IMG/VR virus record: IMGVR_UViG_3300036828_000746
Coordinates: 1 to 60,394 of that record
Length of the DNA stretch: 60,394 nucleotides
Direction: 5' to 3' (one strand)
Source of the DNA: a virus
Lineage: Duplodnaviria; Caudoviricetes
Below the pieces are notes generated by a model, which made no database searches, was not told the origin of the DNA, and was given only the letters and a program-made list of their open reading frames with translations. The translations under genes and the position numbers were made by a program. This document shows, one piece after another, positions 30,077-38,677 of the stretch (position 1 is the stretch's first letter; each line of letters opens with the position of its first letter).

Positions 30077-30574
30077 GTGGGCGTTCCTGCAATCCACGGT
30101 GAGGGCGTCCTTGGCAAGCAAGTCAAGGGCGCGCCCATCGGGCTCGACACGTTCGACCTCCCACCAACAGTTGTGGACGTGCGGTACACGTCAGATGAGG
30201 TGACCGCCTTGTGTCCCGTGACAGGACAACCTGATTGGTACACGGTCACGATTGCGCTCAGCGGGTCAGCACAGGGGATCGAGTCGAAGTCACTCAAATT
30301 GTACCTCCAGTCATATCGGAACGAAGGCCTGTTCTGCGAAGCGTTCGCTGATGAGGTCGCACGCGACATCGCAGCAGCAACAGGCGCGAACTCCGTCCTA
30401 GTCACTGTCAACCAGAAGCCGCGCGGGGGCATCGCGATCGAAGCACGTAGCACAGTGTGGAAGTCAACACTCGAAAAATTGGCAAGGTGTGACGATGGGG
30501 AAAGCAGTACTATCCAAGACGTTCCGATTCGAAGCGGCACATCATTTGCCGAATCACCTCGGGAAGTGCCGTGA
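30077..30574 (+). CDS. queF: preQ0 reductase QueF (unimodular)
   Basis: LCPVTGQPD catalytic Cys/Asp, ESKSLKLYL QueF motif, PRGGI. Confidence 0.88.
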   Translation: MGVPAIHGEGVLGKQVKGAPIGLDTFDLPPTVVDVRYTSDEVTALCPVTGQPDWYTVTIALSGSAQGIESKSLKLYLQSYRNEGLFCEAFADEVARDIAAATGANSVLVTVNQKPRGGIAIEARSTVWKSTLEKLARCDDGESSTIQDVPIRSGTSFAESPREVP

Positions 30575-30938
30575 CCCTCACGGTCACTCGTACCGCGTCA
30601 CCATCAACGTCGAGGGGAAGGTGGACAAGCGCCCGGGCGAACCGACAGAAGGCATGGTCCTCGACTTCGACACGATCAGAGTAGCATGGGAAGAACACCT
30701 GAAACCGATCCTTGATCACAAGGACCTCAATGAGCAGTTCGTGTTCGTCACGACCGCTGAGAACATCGCTGCGTGGATCTTGATCGCGTTCCGTGACCGC
30801 GGGATCAACGCACACTCAGTAGATCTGTGGGAGACAGAGTCGGCGTCCGTACACGTCACATACTCAGACGTGTGGGATGACGAGTCGATGTTTCGAGCGT
30901 TGACGGCAGCAGCAATGGCGGGAGGCGAAGTAAGGTGA
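30495..30938 (+). CDS. queD: 6-carboxy-tetrahydropterin synthase QueD
   Basis: FEAAHHL...CRDPHGHSY...GMVLDF...LDHKDLN...TAENIA...WET. Confidence 0.93.
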   Translation: MGKAVLSKTFRFEAAHHLPNHLGKCRDPHGHSYRVTINVEGKVDKRPGEPTEGMVLDFDTIRVAWEEHLKPILDHKDLNEQFVFVTTAENIAAWILIAFRDRGINAHSVDLWETESASVHVTYSDVWDDESMFRALTAAAMAGGEVR

Positions 30939-31684
30939 GAGGCCCGCCCGTCGCTGAATTGTTCGGGCCGACAATTCAAGGCGAGGGAAAGTTCCAAGGC
31001 ATGCCCGCGTACTTCATCCGCTTCGGAGGATGTGAGTATCGTTGTGAGTGGTGCGACACGCCACACGCAGTCCTGCCGAACGTCGTGCGCACGCTGCCCC
31101 GGATGACGACTGAGGAGATTGTCGATCGCCTCAGAGTACTCCCGCCAGGTCCGCAACTGATCGTCCTTACGGGTGGCAATCCTGTCCTCCACGAACTCGG
31201 TGACTTAGTCGATGAACTGCACACACTCGACTACATCGTGTCAGTCGAAACCCAAGGAGCGAAGTTCAAACCTTGGGTCATTTGGTGCGACTCGATCTGC
31301 GTGTCTCCCAAACCGCCGTCGTCTGGACATCTGAACGCAGCACAGGACCTCGCTCAGTTCATGGATCAAGCAAAGTCAACGGGCGGCATCGCTCACCTTT
31401 TCTTCAAGGTCGTTGTGTTCGATCAGCAGGATTACGAGTGGGCCCGCACGCTTCACATGGAGTACGACACTATACCGATGTTCCTGTCTGCCGGCAACGA
31501 TGCAGGCAAGACAGTAGGCAATCCCGATCGAGTGGATGAGCGCTCACTTGACCAAATTGTCCGCGACCTGCTCGCACGAGCAAGGTGGCTCACAAACTAC
31601 ACGATGGTCGACCCCGCGATGAGCGACGTCCGGGTACAGACACAACAGCACGTCCTCTATTGGGGCAATGAGAAGGGGCATTGA
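30935..31684 (+). CDS. queE: 7-carboxy-7-deazaguanine synthase QueE (radical SAM)
   Basis: ELFGPTIQGEG, CEYRCEWCDT, LTGGNP, ETQG, SPKPPSSG. Confidence 0.93.
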   Translation: MRGPPVAELFGPTIQGEGKFQGMPAYFIRFGGCEYRCEWCDTPHAVLPNVVRTLPRMTTEEIVDRLRVLPPGPQLIVLTGGNPVLHELGDLVDELHTLDYIVSVETQGAKFKPWVIWCDSICVSPKPPSSGHLNAAQDLAQFMDQAKSTGGIAHLFFKVVVFDQQDYEWARTLHMEYDTIPMFLSAGNDAGKTVGNPDRVDERSLDQIVRDLLARARWLTNYTMVDPAMSDVRVQTQQHVLYWGNEKGH

Positions 31685-31690
31685 GAAGAC

Positions 31691-31921
31691 ATGGTAACTG
31701 AACTATCAAACGGAGCAACCGATTCACCCCGCGGGTCCTTGAAAGATGCTTTGATGCGCATAGATTCCTGCGCCGATGAGATCCTCCACCAACTCACGAA
31801 ACCAGGCACAAGCAGGGACCCAGTCAAGGCAATGGAGGATGTCCTCGCGCGATGCCAAGCGGTCAAGGTCAAGACAGAGCAGATCAAAGTACAATCATCC
31901 CATTGGCGCCTGTATGTCTGA
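31691..31921 (+). CDS. Small helical hypothetical protein
   Basis: Sits between queE and folE; overlaps the folE start. Confidence 0.45.
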   Translation: MVTELSNGATDSPRGSLKDALMRIDSCADEILHQLTKPGTSRDPVKAMEDVLARCQAVKVKTEQIKVQSSHWRLYV

Positions 31922-32486
31922 CGCATACAGTACCGAGGACCTGATCGCCGGCAGCGTACGCGAAATCTTAGAGTGCATACCCGACGGGATACGCGAAGGC
32001 ACAGACGACACTCCGCAGCGCGTAGCGCGGATGTACGTTCGCGAACTGTTCGCTGGGTATGAGGTCGATATCAAAGAACTGTTCCGCACGTTCGACCATG
32101 AAGGGTACGATGGGATGATCGTGGTCAAGGACATCCCGCTCGTGTCACTGTGCGAACACCACCTTGTCCCGTTCGTCGGATGGGCGCACGTCGGGTACTT
32201 CCCAAACGGCAATGTCCTTGGGTTGTCGAAGGTCGCTCGCGTCGTCAACGCCTTCGCCCGTCGCCTTCAGATACAGGAGCGCCTCACGCGCCAAGTCGCC
32301 GACGCAATGGAGGAATGGCTACACCCACGCGGGGTGATCGTCGTCGTAGAAGCAGAACACATGTGCATCACCATCCGCGGTGCGCAAGCGCCCGGGACCC
32401 GCGCAATCACCTCGGCGGTGCGTGGGTTGTTCAACACGAACACTGAAGGCGAGAAAGAAGAATTCTTTCGCCTGATCCACCGATAG
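31914..32486 (+). CDS. folE: GTP cyclohydrolase I
   Basis: [41 protein letters not shown]. Confidence 0.95.
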   Translation: MSDAYSTEDLIAGSVREILECIPDGIREGTDDTPQRVARMYVRELFAGYEVDIKELFRTFDHEGYDGMIVVKDIPLVSLCEHHLVPFVGWAHVGYFPNGNVLGLSKVARVVNAFARRLQIQERLTRQVADAMEEWLHPRGVIVVVEAEHMCITIRGAQAPGTRAITSAVRGLFNTNTEGEKEEFFRLIHR

Positions 32487-32496
32487 GAGATTACTG

Positions 32497-32685
32497 ATGG
32501 ATGAATTCCCGATCTTGAGGTTCTTCGAGTATGAACATTTGCCGCTTGCCAGTCAGGCGATCAGCATTCCGTTCCACGATCTCGCACACCGAATGGTAGA
32601 CGCTTTGCCTGCCACGGCCGAAGTCAGCGCTGGGTTGCGTAAGTTGCTCGAAGCCAAGGATTGCTTCGTACGCGCTGGGCTGTAA
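32497..32685 (+). CDS. Small helical-hairpin protein, candidate nucleotide-signal sponge (Tad1/Acb2-like hairpin)
   Basis: ILRFFEYEHLP...AEVSAGLRKLLEAKDCFVRA; AGGAG RBS. Confidence 0.55.
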   Translation: MDEFPILRFFEYEHLPLASQAISIPFHDLAHRMVDALPATAEVSAGLRKLLEAKDCFVRAGL

Positions 32686-32688
32686 GAC

Positions 32689-32877
32689 GTGGACGTTGAA
32701 ATCTGGATCTGCCCGCGGTGCCTGCGTTACTACGCAGCAAGCGGTGCTGGTGACTTGACTGCCCAAATGAACACAGACGAGAAGAACCGCCCGACGTTCC
32801 CGCGCTCACGTTGTCCTACTTGCGAAATACCACGGGTCCTACATCACGTCGAAGTACAAGTAGAAAGGCAGGAATGA
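32689..32877 (+). CDS. Small Zn-ribbon protein
   Basis: CPRC...CPTC. Confidence 0.5.
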   Translation: MDVEIWICPRCLRYYAASGAGDLTAQMNTDEKNRPTFPRSRCPTCEIPRVLHHVEVQVERQE

Positions 32878-33584
32878 TGGATACGATTGTACTGCTAAGC
32901 GGAGGACAGGACAGCACGACGGTTCTCGCCTGGGCGTTGCGCGACCTCGGGGAGGCGCGGACAGTATCATTCGACTACGGGCAACGCCATCGTGTCGAAC
33001 TCGAACAATCAGAGAAGATCTCGAAGACGCTTGGCGCTCAATCGCACATCGTCCTTCCAGTCGAAGCGCTCAAAGTCCTCGGCGGTGCAGCGCTGACAAA
33101 TGACGGGATCGCAGTAGAAGCGGAGGCAGGACCTGACTCGCTCAACATGCACGCGTTCAACCATGGATTGCCGTCAACGTTCGTGCCCGGGCGGAACATG
33201 TTGTTCCTCACGCTCGCTGCTGCGTACGGTGCGAAGTTCGGGATCTACGATCTCGTGACCGGAGTATGTGGACAAGACCGCGCGGGGTATCCTGACTGCC
33301 GCGCTGAGTTCGTCACAGCAGCGGAAGTCGCGTTGACAGCAGCGCTCGATGAGAAAGTCACGATCACTGCACCGCTCCTCGACTACACGAAAGCCCAGAC
33401 ATGGTCGCTCGCAGAAGAGTTAGGAGTCCTTGATGTCATCATCGAACTCACCCACACCTGCTACCACGGCGAACATAACCTCAGGTTCGAGTGGGGATTC
33501 GGATGCGGCGTGTGCCCCGCTTGCGAAGAACGCGCCCGTGGGTGGGAAGAGTACGTTCATCCGACCATCATCAATCCTCGCTGA
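32874..33584 (+). CDS. queC: 7-cyano-7-deazaguanine synthase QueC
   Basis: LSGGQDS, FDYGQRH, FVPGRN, YPDCR, THTCY...GCGVCPAC..R; no fused glutaminase domain. Confidence 0.95.
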   Translation: MMDTIVLLSGGQDSTTVLAWALRDLGEARTVSFDYGQRHRVELEQSEKISKTLGAQSHIVLPVEALKVLGGAALTNDGIAVEAEAGPDSLNMHAFNHGLPSTFVPGRNMLFLTLAAAYGAKFGIYDLVTGVCGQDRAGYPDCRAEFVTAAEVALTAALDEKVTITAPLLDYTKAQTWSLAEELGVLDVIIELTHTCYHGEHNLRFEWGFGCGVCPACEERARGWEEYVHPTIINPR

Positions 33585-33852
33585 AGCAGACGCGATCGTC
33601 TCGGGGGAGCGCTGGGAAGAACATGGGCATCCCGCACCTAACCTCGAACGTGTCGCTGGCATGTGGCGAGCGACGTTCGGATGGGACGCTACGGGGGAGG
33701 ACGTTGCACTTGCCATGATCCTGTTCAAGGTTGCTCGCGCCAAGGCCGGCCACACGCGGGACAACCTCGTAGACATCGCCGGATACGCCCGAACTATCGA
33801 GATGATATGGGACCTGAGCAATGAAGACGGCACTGATTCCTCCCGTACCTGA
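33538..33852 (+). CDS. DUF6378-like protein (start uncertain)
   Basis: ILAEADAIVSGER...HG.P..N..RVA.MW...DVALAMILFKVAR...RDNLVDIAGYA. Confidence 0.75.
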   Translation: MGGKSTFIRPSSILAEADAIVSGERWEEHGHPAPNLERVAGMWRATFGWDATGEDVALAMILFKVARAKAGHTRDNLVDIAGYARTIEMIWDLSNEDGTDSSRT

Positions 33853-34648
33853 CCTGACCCACCACGCGACAACAGACATCCACCTGTTGCTATCGCACCT
33901 GACGCACTACCCGGGTTACCTTGATTTCTACCGCAAGCGCGGACGACAAGGCGATTACCTGATCTTGGACAACAGCGCCCACGAGCATGGGCACGGCAAC
34001 AGAGCACAGGAACTGCTGTTTCAAGCGATGGTCGTCGGAGCACACGAAGTCGTCTGCTCAGATGTGTTGTTCGACGCACACGGCACAGCTCAGGCGTCTG
34101 AGGCGATGATGCGCTACATCTCCTCCGACTACGGTTGGGAGTCGTACATGACGGCAGGATCGCCGCGCCTGATGCTCGTCCCACAAGGTAAGACGGAGCG
34201 CGAAGTCGAACAATGCCTCCACCGTCTGATCTTCCTGTGGACGGTTCACATGGAGCGATTGTCAACTCATCCGCCCGTGATCGGAATCTCGAAGGACTAC
34301 GACGACGAGATCATGGACGGCGGGATCGCGGGGTTCATTGCGAAGTACTGTGAGCCGATCCGAAACCGTCTCAACATCGACGTCCATTGCTTGGGGTGGC
34401 CGAAGAACCTATGGTCGCTTTCTGAAGTGCACCGCCAGGCGCCGTGGGTGCGCTCCGTTGACTCGGCCAAACCGTTCGTCTACGCTCGTGCGGGCATCCG
34501 TCTCGAACCAGGAGGCGACGTTCCGACGTACCCTCATCGCACCCCCGATTACTTCAATACCGCATTAGGTCGATGCACTAACATTGCCCAGGTCAACGTC
34601 GAGGTGTTTCAGGCCGCTGCAAGCAACGAATTGATCTTGGCGACCTAG
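33821..34648 (+). CDS. dpdA: Divergent DpdA/TGT-like deazaguanine DNA transglycosylase
   Basis: TIM-barrel TGT-like motifs ILDNSAHE, SDV, VPQG, HCLG, RSVDS; terminal gene of the que/folE cluster. Confidence 0.7.
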   Translation: MKTALIPPVPDLTHHATTDIHLLLSHLTHYPGYLDFYRKRGRQGDYLILDNSAHEHGHGNRAQELLFQAMVVGAHEVVCSDVLFDAHGTAQASEAMMRYISSDYGWESYMTAGSPRLMLVPQGKTEREVEQCLHRLIFLWTVHMERLSTHPPVIGISKDYDDEIMDGGIAGFIAKYCEPIRNRLNIDVHCLGWPKNLWSLSEVHRQAPWVRSVDSAKPFVYARAGIRLEPGGDVPTYPHRTPDYFNTALGRCTNIAQVNVEVFQAAASNELILAT

Positions 34649-34760
34649 AAAACCAAAAGTTGGAAATTGCAGGGAAGAAGCTCAAAGATTATTTTTTGGA
34701 CGTAGCATAGGGGCACGACCCGCAAACCGCTTAGAACCGCTTACAACGCGTCTGAGGCAT
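34642..34760 (-). repeat. Dispersed ~120-140 bp intergenic repeat, copy C (inverted)
   Basis: Reverse complement reads GTAAGCGGTTCTAAGCGGTTT...GTCGTGCCCCTA...AATCTTTGAGCTTCTTCCCTGCAATTTCCAA. Confidence 0.9.
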
Positions 34761-34762
34761 AA

Positions 34763-37255
34763 ATGGGAGATTTCTGTGTAACTGACCGGTGTCGATCGTG
34801 CCCGATCACAAAACCGGCACAGATCACCCGGCAAAACCCGGGAGCAGACATCGCGCTCGTAGTCGATTTTCCGACGTACGAGGACACCGTTCGCGGCACA
34901 TTCCTCCAAGGTCAATCGGGCATCCTCGCACGTCGCACTCTTGAGGAGTATGGCATCGACGTGGACGATTGCTACATCACGTCAGCGCTCAACTGCAAAC
35001 CCGCGAAGGACAAGAAGGGCGCGCTCAAGAACGCCATGCTGTCGTGTCGTCAGCGCCTTGTAGACGAACTCCACGAGGTCAACCCCACGAAGGTGCTGTC
35101 CCTGGGCCCGCTCGGCTTCTCCGCACTTAGATCAGCGCCTGATAACTATCCGATCACGAAGGTCAGAGGACGCTGGCATCGCTGTTTCGGGATAGACGTA
35201 CTCGCGACGTTCTCACCTGTCACCCTCATGGGCGCGTTTGAGTATTTCCGTGACTTCGAGTGGGACGTCCAAAAGTTCGCGACGACGCAACCTGAACCTA
35301 CGCCCCGCGTGGAAATGTGGGTGCCGGACACGATCGCAGAGGCACACCTTGCGTTCGATTACATCTCCGGCGCTTCGTTCGTCTCCCTCGACATCGAATC
35401 AACAGGTTTCTCGCCGTACCGCAACGAACTGCTCGCCGTCGGCCTCGGTGTGCTGTTCGAGGATTCAACGGACGGCGTCTCGATCGTGTTCGACAAAGAC
35501 CTACTCGACAGTCGCGACGTATGGGAGGAGTTCGAGTACCTCCTTCAACGCGAGGACCAAGCGACCGTCATGCACAACGCCAAGTTTGACCTCAAGTGGA
35601 TGAAGGCATCGCTTGAAGCAATGGGCCTTGAGTTTGTGCCCCGTCGCATCGAAGACACGATGTTGCTCAACTACTGCCTCGATGAGCGGGCGATGGGGCA
35701 ATTCCAGTCGCACTCGCTCAAGAACATGGCGCGCGTTCGCTGCGATGCTCCTGACTACGACATCGAGATGGGCAAGTGGATCAAGGCGTGGACCGTTGCG
35801 AACGACACACAACGAGACATCCTGCGTGCGAAGATGCGCACGTACCTCTCGCTCGACTGCTACTACACAGCGCGTTTGTTCTCGCAACTACCGGACGAGG
35901 TCGCGGAGGAATCCATTGGCCTCATGTCACTCTACACCAACCTGTTGATCCCGGGCGCGCTCGCATTGTGCGACATTGAGTCCCACGGCGTCGCGATCGA
36001 CCGCAAGTTCTACGAAGACACGTGGGCGACGATTCAGGAACGTGCCGCGCCTATCCTCGCCCGCGTTCGCGAGCAAACGGGCCTTGAGGAGTTCAATCCG
36101 AACTCCCCGCAACAGGTTCGGAAGTACCTGTACGAGATCAACGACCTGCCCGTCCTGCGCACCGCGCGGCGCGGCAAGTTGCAGGAAGGACCGACATCCA
36201 AACCGGTCCTCAAAATGTTGAAGAAGGAGTTCCCGTCCTACGCCCAAGTGATTGACGACATCTTGGAGTACCGAAACCTCGTCAAGACAGCAGGCACGTA
36301 CGTCAAGGGGATGATGGATCGCGCGGACGACGATGACCGCATCCGTGGTGACTTCCTGCAGCACGGCACGTCAACAGGTCGCCTGTCGTCATCTAACCCC
36401 AACCTGCAGAACATCCCGGAGACATCCCACACGAAGATCGAGATCCGGAACGGGTTCGTCGCGCCGCCTGACTTCGTGCTCCTCAACGCTGATTACTCCC
36501 AGCTTGAACTGCGACTCGCTGCTCACCTCTCGAACGATGAAAACTTCTCCGCCGTCTTCATCGAGGGACGCGATCCGCACCAGGAGGTTGCGTTCGCATT
36601 CTTCGACAAGCCAGAGGATCAAATCTCGCCTTACGAACGCTACATGGCAAAGTGCGTAAACTTCGGCGTCGCATACGGTCGAGGCGCCGAGTCGATTGCG
36701 CTCGGCCCGGAGATGGAGTACGTTGAGGAGATCGGCGGGCAACGTTGGTCGGTTGAGCAGGTCAAGCAATTCTTCACTGCGTACTTCGATCACTTCCCAG
36801 AATTCCTCGCGTGGTGCGAGGATCAGAAGCGCTTTGCTTATCGACACCAGTACGTCGAATCGCCTCTTGGCCGCAGACGACGGTTCCCGTTGATCCTGCG
36901 CAACGACGCCGGCGCGGTCGGCAGGCAAGCAGTGAACACACCGATCCAAGGCACAGCAAGCGACTTCACGTTCAGCGCGCTCATCCGCATCCACAAGCGT
37001 TTGTGTGACCTCAACGCTCGCTGTGGGCGTGTTGTCGCCTTCATCGTGTCGACTGTCCATGACTCGCTGCTGATCGAATGTCATAAGCGCTACGTCAGGA
37101 AGGTTACCGCGATCGTGCACCAGGAGATGGAGAACGTCCCACTTGCATCACGCGTCCCCTTCGAGTGTGAGGTGAAGATCGGAACGCGGTGGGGCGACCT
37201 ACACAAGATCGACAAGGAGGAGGACGTTGCGATCGCTACAGCGTCCGACGACTGA
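34763..37255 (+). CDS. polA: Family A DNA polymerase with N-terminal family-4 UDG-like domain and 3'-5' exonuclease
   Basis: UDG-like CRSC...LNCKP...SC..RL.DEL; exonuclease DIEST/HNAKFD/YLSLD; polymerase TGRLSS.NPNLQN, ADYSQLELR, RYMAKCVNFGVAYG, VHDS. Confidence 0.95.
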   Translation: MGDFCVTDRCRSCPITKPAQITRQNPGADIALVVDFPTYEDTVRGTFLQGQSGILARRTLEEYGIDVDDCYITSALNCKPAKDKKGALKNAMLSCRQRLVDELHEVNPTKVLSLGPLGFSALRSAPDNYPITKVRGRWHRCFGIDVLATFSPVTLMGAFEYFRDFEWDVQKFATTQPEPTPRVEMWVPDTIAEAHLAFDYISGASFVSLDIESTGFSPYRNELLAVGLGVLFEDSTDGVSIVFDKDLLDSRDVWEEFEYLLQREDQATVMHNAKFDLKWMKASLEAMGLEFVPRRIEDTMLLNYCLDERAMGQFQSHSLKNMARVRCDAPDYDIEMGKWIKAWTVANDTQRDILRAKMRTYLSLDCYYTARLFSQLPDEVAEESIGLMSLYTNLLIPGALALCDIESHGVAIDRKFYEDTWATIQERAAPILARVREQTGLEEFNPNSPQQVRKYLYEINDLPVLRTARRGKLQEGPTSKPVLKMLKKEFPSYAQVIDDILEYRNLVKTAGTYVKGMMDRADDDDRIRGDFLQHGTSTGRLSSSNPNLQNIPETSHTKIEIRNGFVAPPDFVLLNADYSQLELRLAAHLSNDENFSAVFIEGRDPHQEVAFAFFDKPEDQISPYERYMAKCVNFGVAYGRGAESIALGPEMEYVEEIGGQRWSVEQVKQFFTAYFDHFPEFLAWCEDQKRFAYRHQYVESPLGRRRRFPLILRNDAGAVGRQAVNTPIQGTASDFTFSALIRIHKRLCDLNARCGRVVAFIVSTVHDSLLIECHKRYVRKVTAIVHQEMENVPLASRVPFECEVKIGTRWGDLHKIDKEEDVAIATASDD

Positions 37256-37363
37256 TAGCAGGTCGTCTCCGCCATCGCAGCAGGACGCTAACAGGAAGCT
37301 ACGCCCGGTCCCCCGCAATCCCCTGAATTCGCGGTTCTGAGGCTTAGATCGCGTTAGCGCGCC

Positions 37364-38227
37364 TCACCCAGGCAGTGGGGCGAACTCAGCGATTTGCTTG
37401 CCCGCTTCACCGCCCGACCAACCGCTTTGACCTCTTGACTGCCAGCAGTGCGCAACGTTCCCGTCTGCGTAGCGGCAGAAGACCTCAAGTGTGCCTGTCG
37501 CTGACAACGACGCAGACAGACCTGCGATCTTCTTCTGGGTCTTCGTGAACACGTCGCCGTCGTTCCACTTCGTTTCGCCTTTACGCTGGTAGCGATAACG
37601 GACGGTTTGCTCATCGGTTTCGACCCACCATACGTGAAGCGTGCCGCCATCGGACACACCTGATGCGACCATTTCTTTCTCCTTCTCTCGTTGTGGCGGT
37701 TTTGGCGGCGACGGTGCCGTCCCGCCACGAGCCATACTCAAAACCCTGTCCATCGGGAATCCGGTACCGCAATCGTGGTGACCGCCTCCACGTGGCCCAA
37801 GATCGACGTGTTGGCAAACGCCTCGTCCCGCTACCTGCGCCTCAGAGGCAGAGAGACGCCTGATTGGAATGCCGAAGTGCGCTGCCTCCTCAGCGATCCA
37901 TGCAGCACAGTTTGCGAGCATGTTCGGATGACGATCCCACTCAGCAGTCGACCAAGCGGCGAACGCACACAGCTCGATCGAGACGGCTACTGCGTTGAAG
38001 TCAGATTGTGTCCACGCCTTGTTAGGACGGTGAACATACTCACCGATCACGCCCGCCTTGTCATCCGCGCCGACGTGCGACGACGCCTGCACGTTTCCTT
38101 GGAAGAACCCGCCGAGCGATTCGATCGTCCGCGCGCCCTCTGCCGTGTGCAGCACGATCAAGCGCACGCCTCGCTCGTTCCGGGATGAGTAATTGGGACT
38201 AGGAATCCAAATACGCCTGAGCGCCAT
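37364..38227 (-). CDS. Endolysin: N-acetylmuramoyl-L-alanine amidase plus lectin-like repeat binding domain
   Basis: IVLHTAE...SSH...AW...N..SIE...CQH......HHDCG; C-terminal LHVWW..W / LEVF..DG.V.H.WQ...GW repeats. Confidence 0.88.
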   Translation of the reverse strand: MALRRIWIPSPNYSSRNERGVRLIVLHTAEGARTIESLGGFFQGNVQASSHVGADDKAGVIGEYVHRPNKAWTQSDFNAVAVSIELCAFAAWSTAEWDRHPNMLANCAAWIAEEAAHFGIPIRRLSASEAQVAGRGVCQHVDLGPRGGGHHDCGTGFPMDRVLSMARGGTAPSPPKPPQREKEKEMVASGVSDGGTLHVWWVETDEQTVRYRYQRKGETKWNDGDVFTKTQKKIAGLSASLSATGTLEVFCRYADGNVAHCWQSRGQSGWSGGEAGKQIAEFAPLPG

Positions 38228-38424
38228 CAGTCCTCCCTAAAGCGCCTGCCACGCCGCGTCTCAGCAGCGATACGGCGAGGATCGTTTTCCCTGAGGAATC
38301 GGCCATCCTCGTCGTCATCCAACGGTCCGGCGTGGGGATCGCTTGGTTCGTTGTCTGGTGCAGGATTTGCCTCGACCTCAATCTCAACCTCGACCTCGAC
38401 TTCTACCTTGGGCTCGTCATTCAT
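38227..38424 (-). CDS. Small acidic hypothetical protein
   Basis: GGAG RBS; EVEVEVEIEVE low-complexity stretch; TGATG coupling to the lysin. Confidence 0.5.
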   Translation of the reverse strand: MNDEPKVEVEVEVEIEVEANPAPDNEPSDPHAGPLDDDEDGRFLRENDPRRIAAETRRGRRFRED

Positions 38425-38677
38425 TGTCATCTCCATTGCCGTTGCCGTTGCTGCCGTTGGGCGTTGCTGGCAGTCGTTGTAGCCATTGGTCAACAGGCAC
38501 AAGGCCGATCAAAACAGCACCCACGATGATGTAGGGGATATTCGTGCCTGTCGCAAGCACGGAGTAGACGATCAAAATGACCCCGAGGCTGAACATGAGG
38601 ACAACACGAGCTTGATTGAACCATCGGTAGAATCCTTCACCGCCGCGTTCCGCGAGTTGGTCAATCGACGGATTCAC
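38417..38677 (-). CDS. Putative holin (two transmembrane helices)
   Basis: VVLMFSLGVILIVYSVLA and IPYIIVGAVLIGLV; just upstream of the lysin; GTGA overlap. Confidence 0.65.
   Translation of the reverse strand: MNPSIDQLAERGGEGFYRWFNQARVVLMFSLGVILIVYSVLATGTNIPYIIVGAVLIGLVPVDQWLQRLPATPNGSNGNGNGDDNE

Noticed and set aside
30489-30574. Programmed QueF-QueD frameshift fusion suggested by the ~80-nt overlap
   Set aside because: queD has its own AAGGTG RBS and ATG at 30495, and no convincing slippery site was found
30077-33584. Archaeosine (dG+) pathway via QueF-like or Gat-QueC
   Set aside because: QueF retains the ESKSLKLY motif of NADPH-dependent reductases, QueC has no glutaminase fusion, and no ArcS was seen
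30077-34648. Auxiliary queuosine tRNA-modification genes
   Set aside because: No queA/queG/queH or tRNA genes; the transglycosylase lacks the tRNA-TGT Zn site and sits beside DNA polymerase, which favours DNA modification (not formally excluded)
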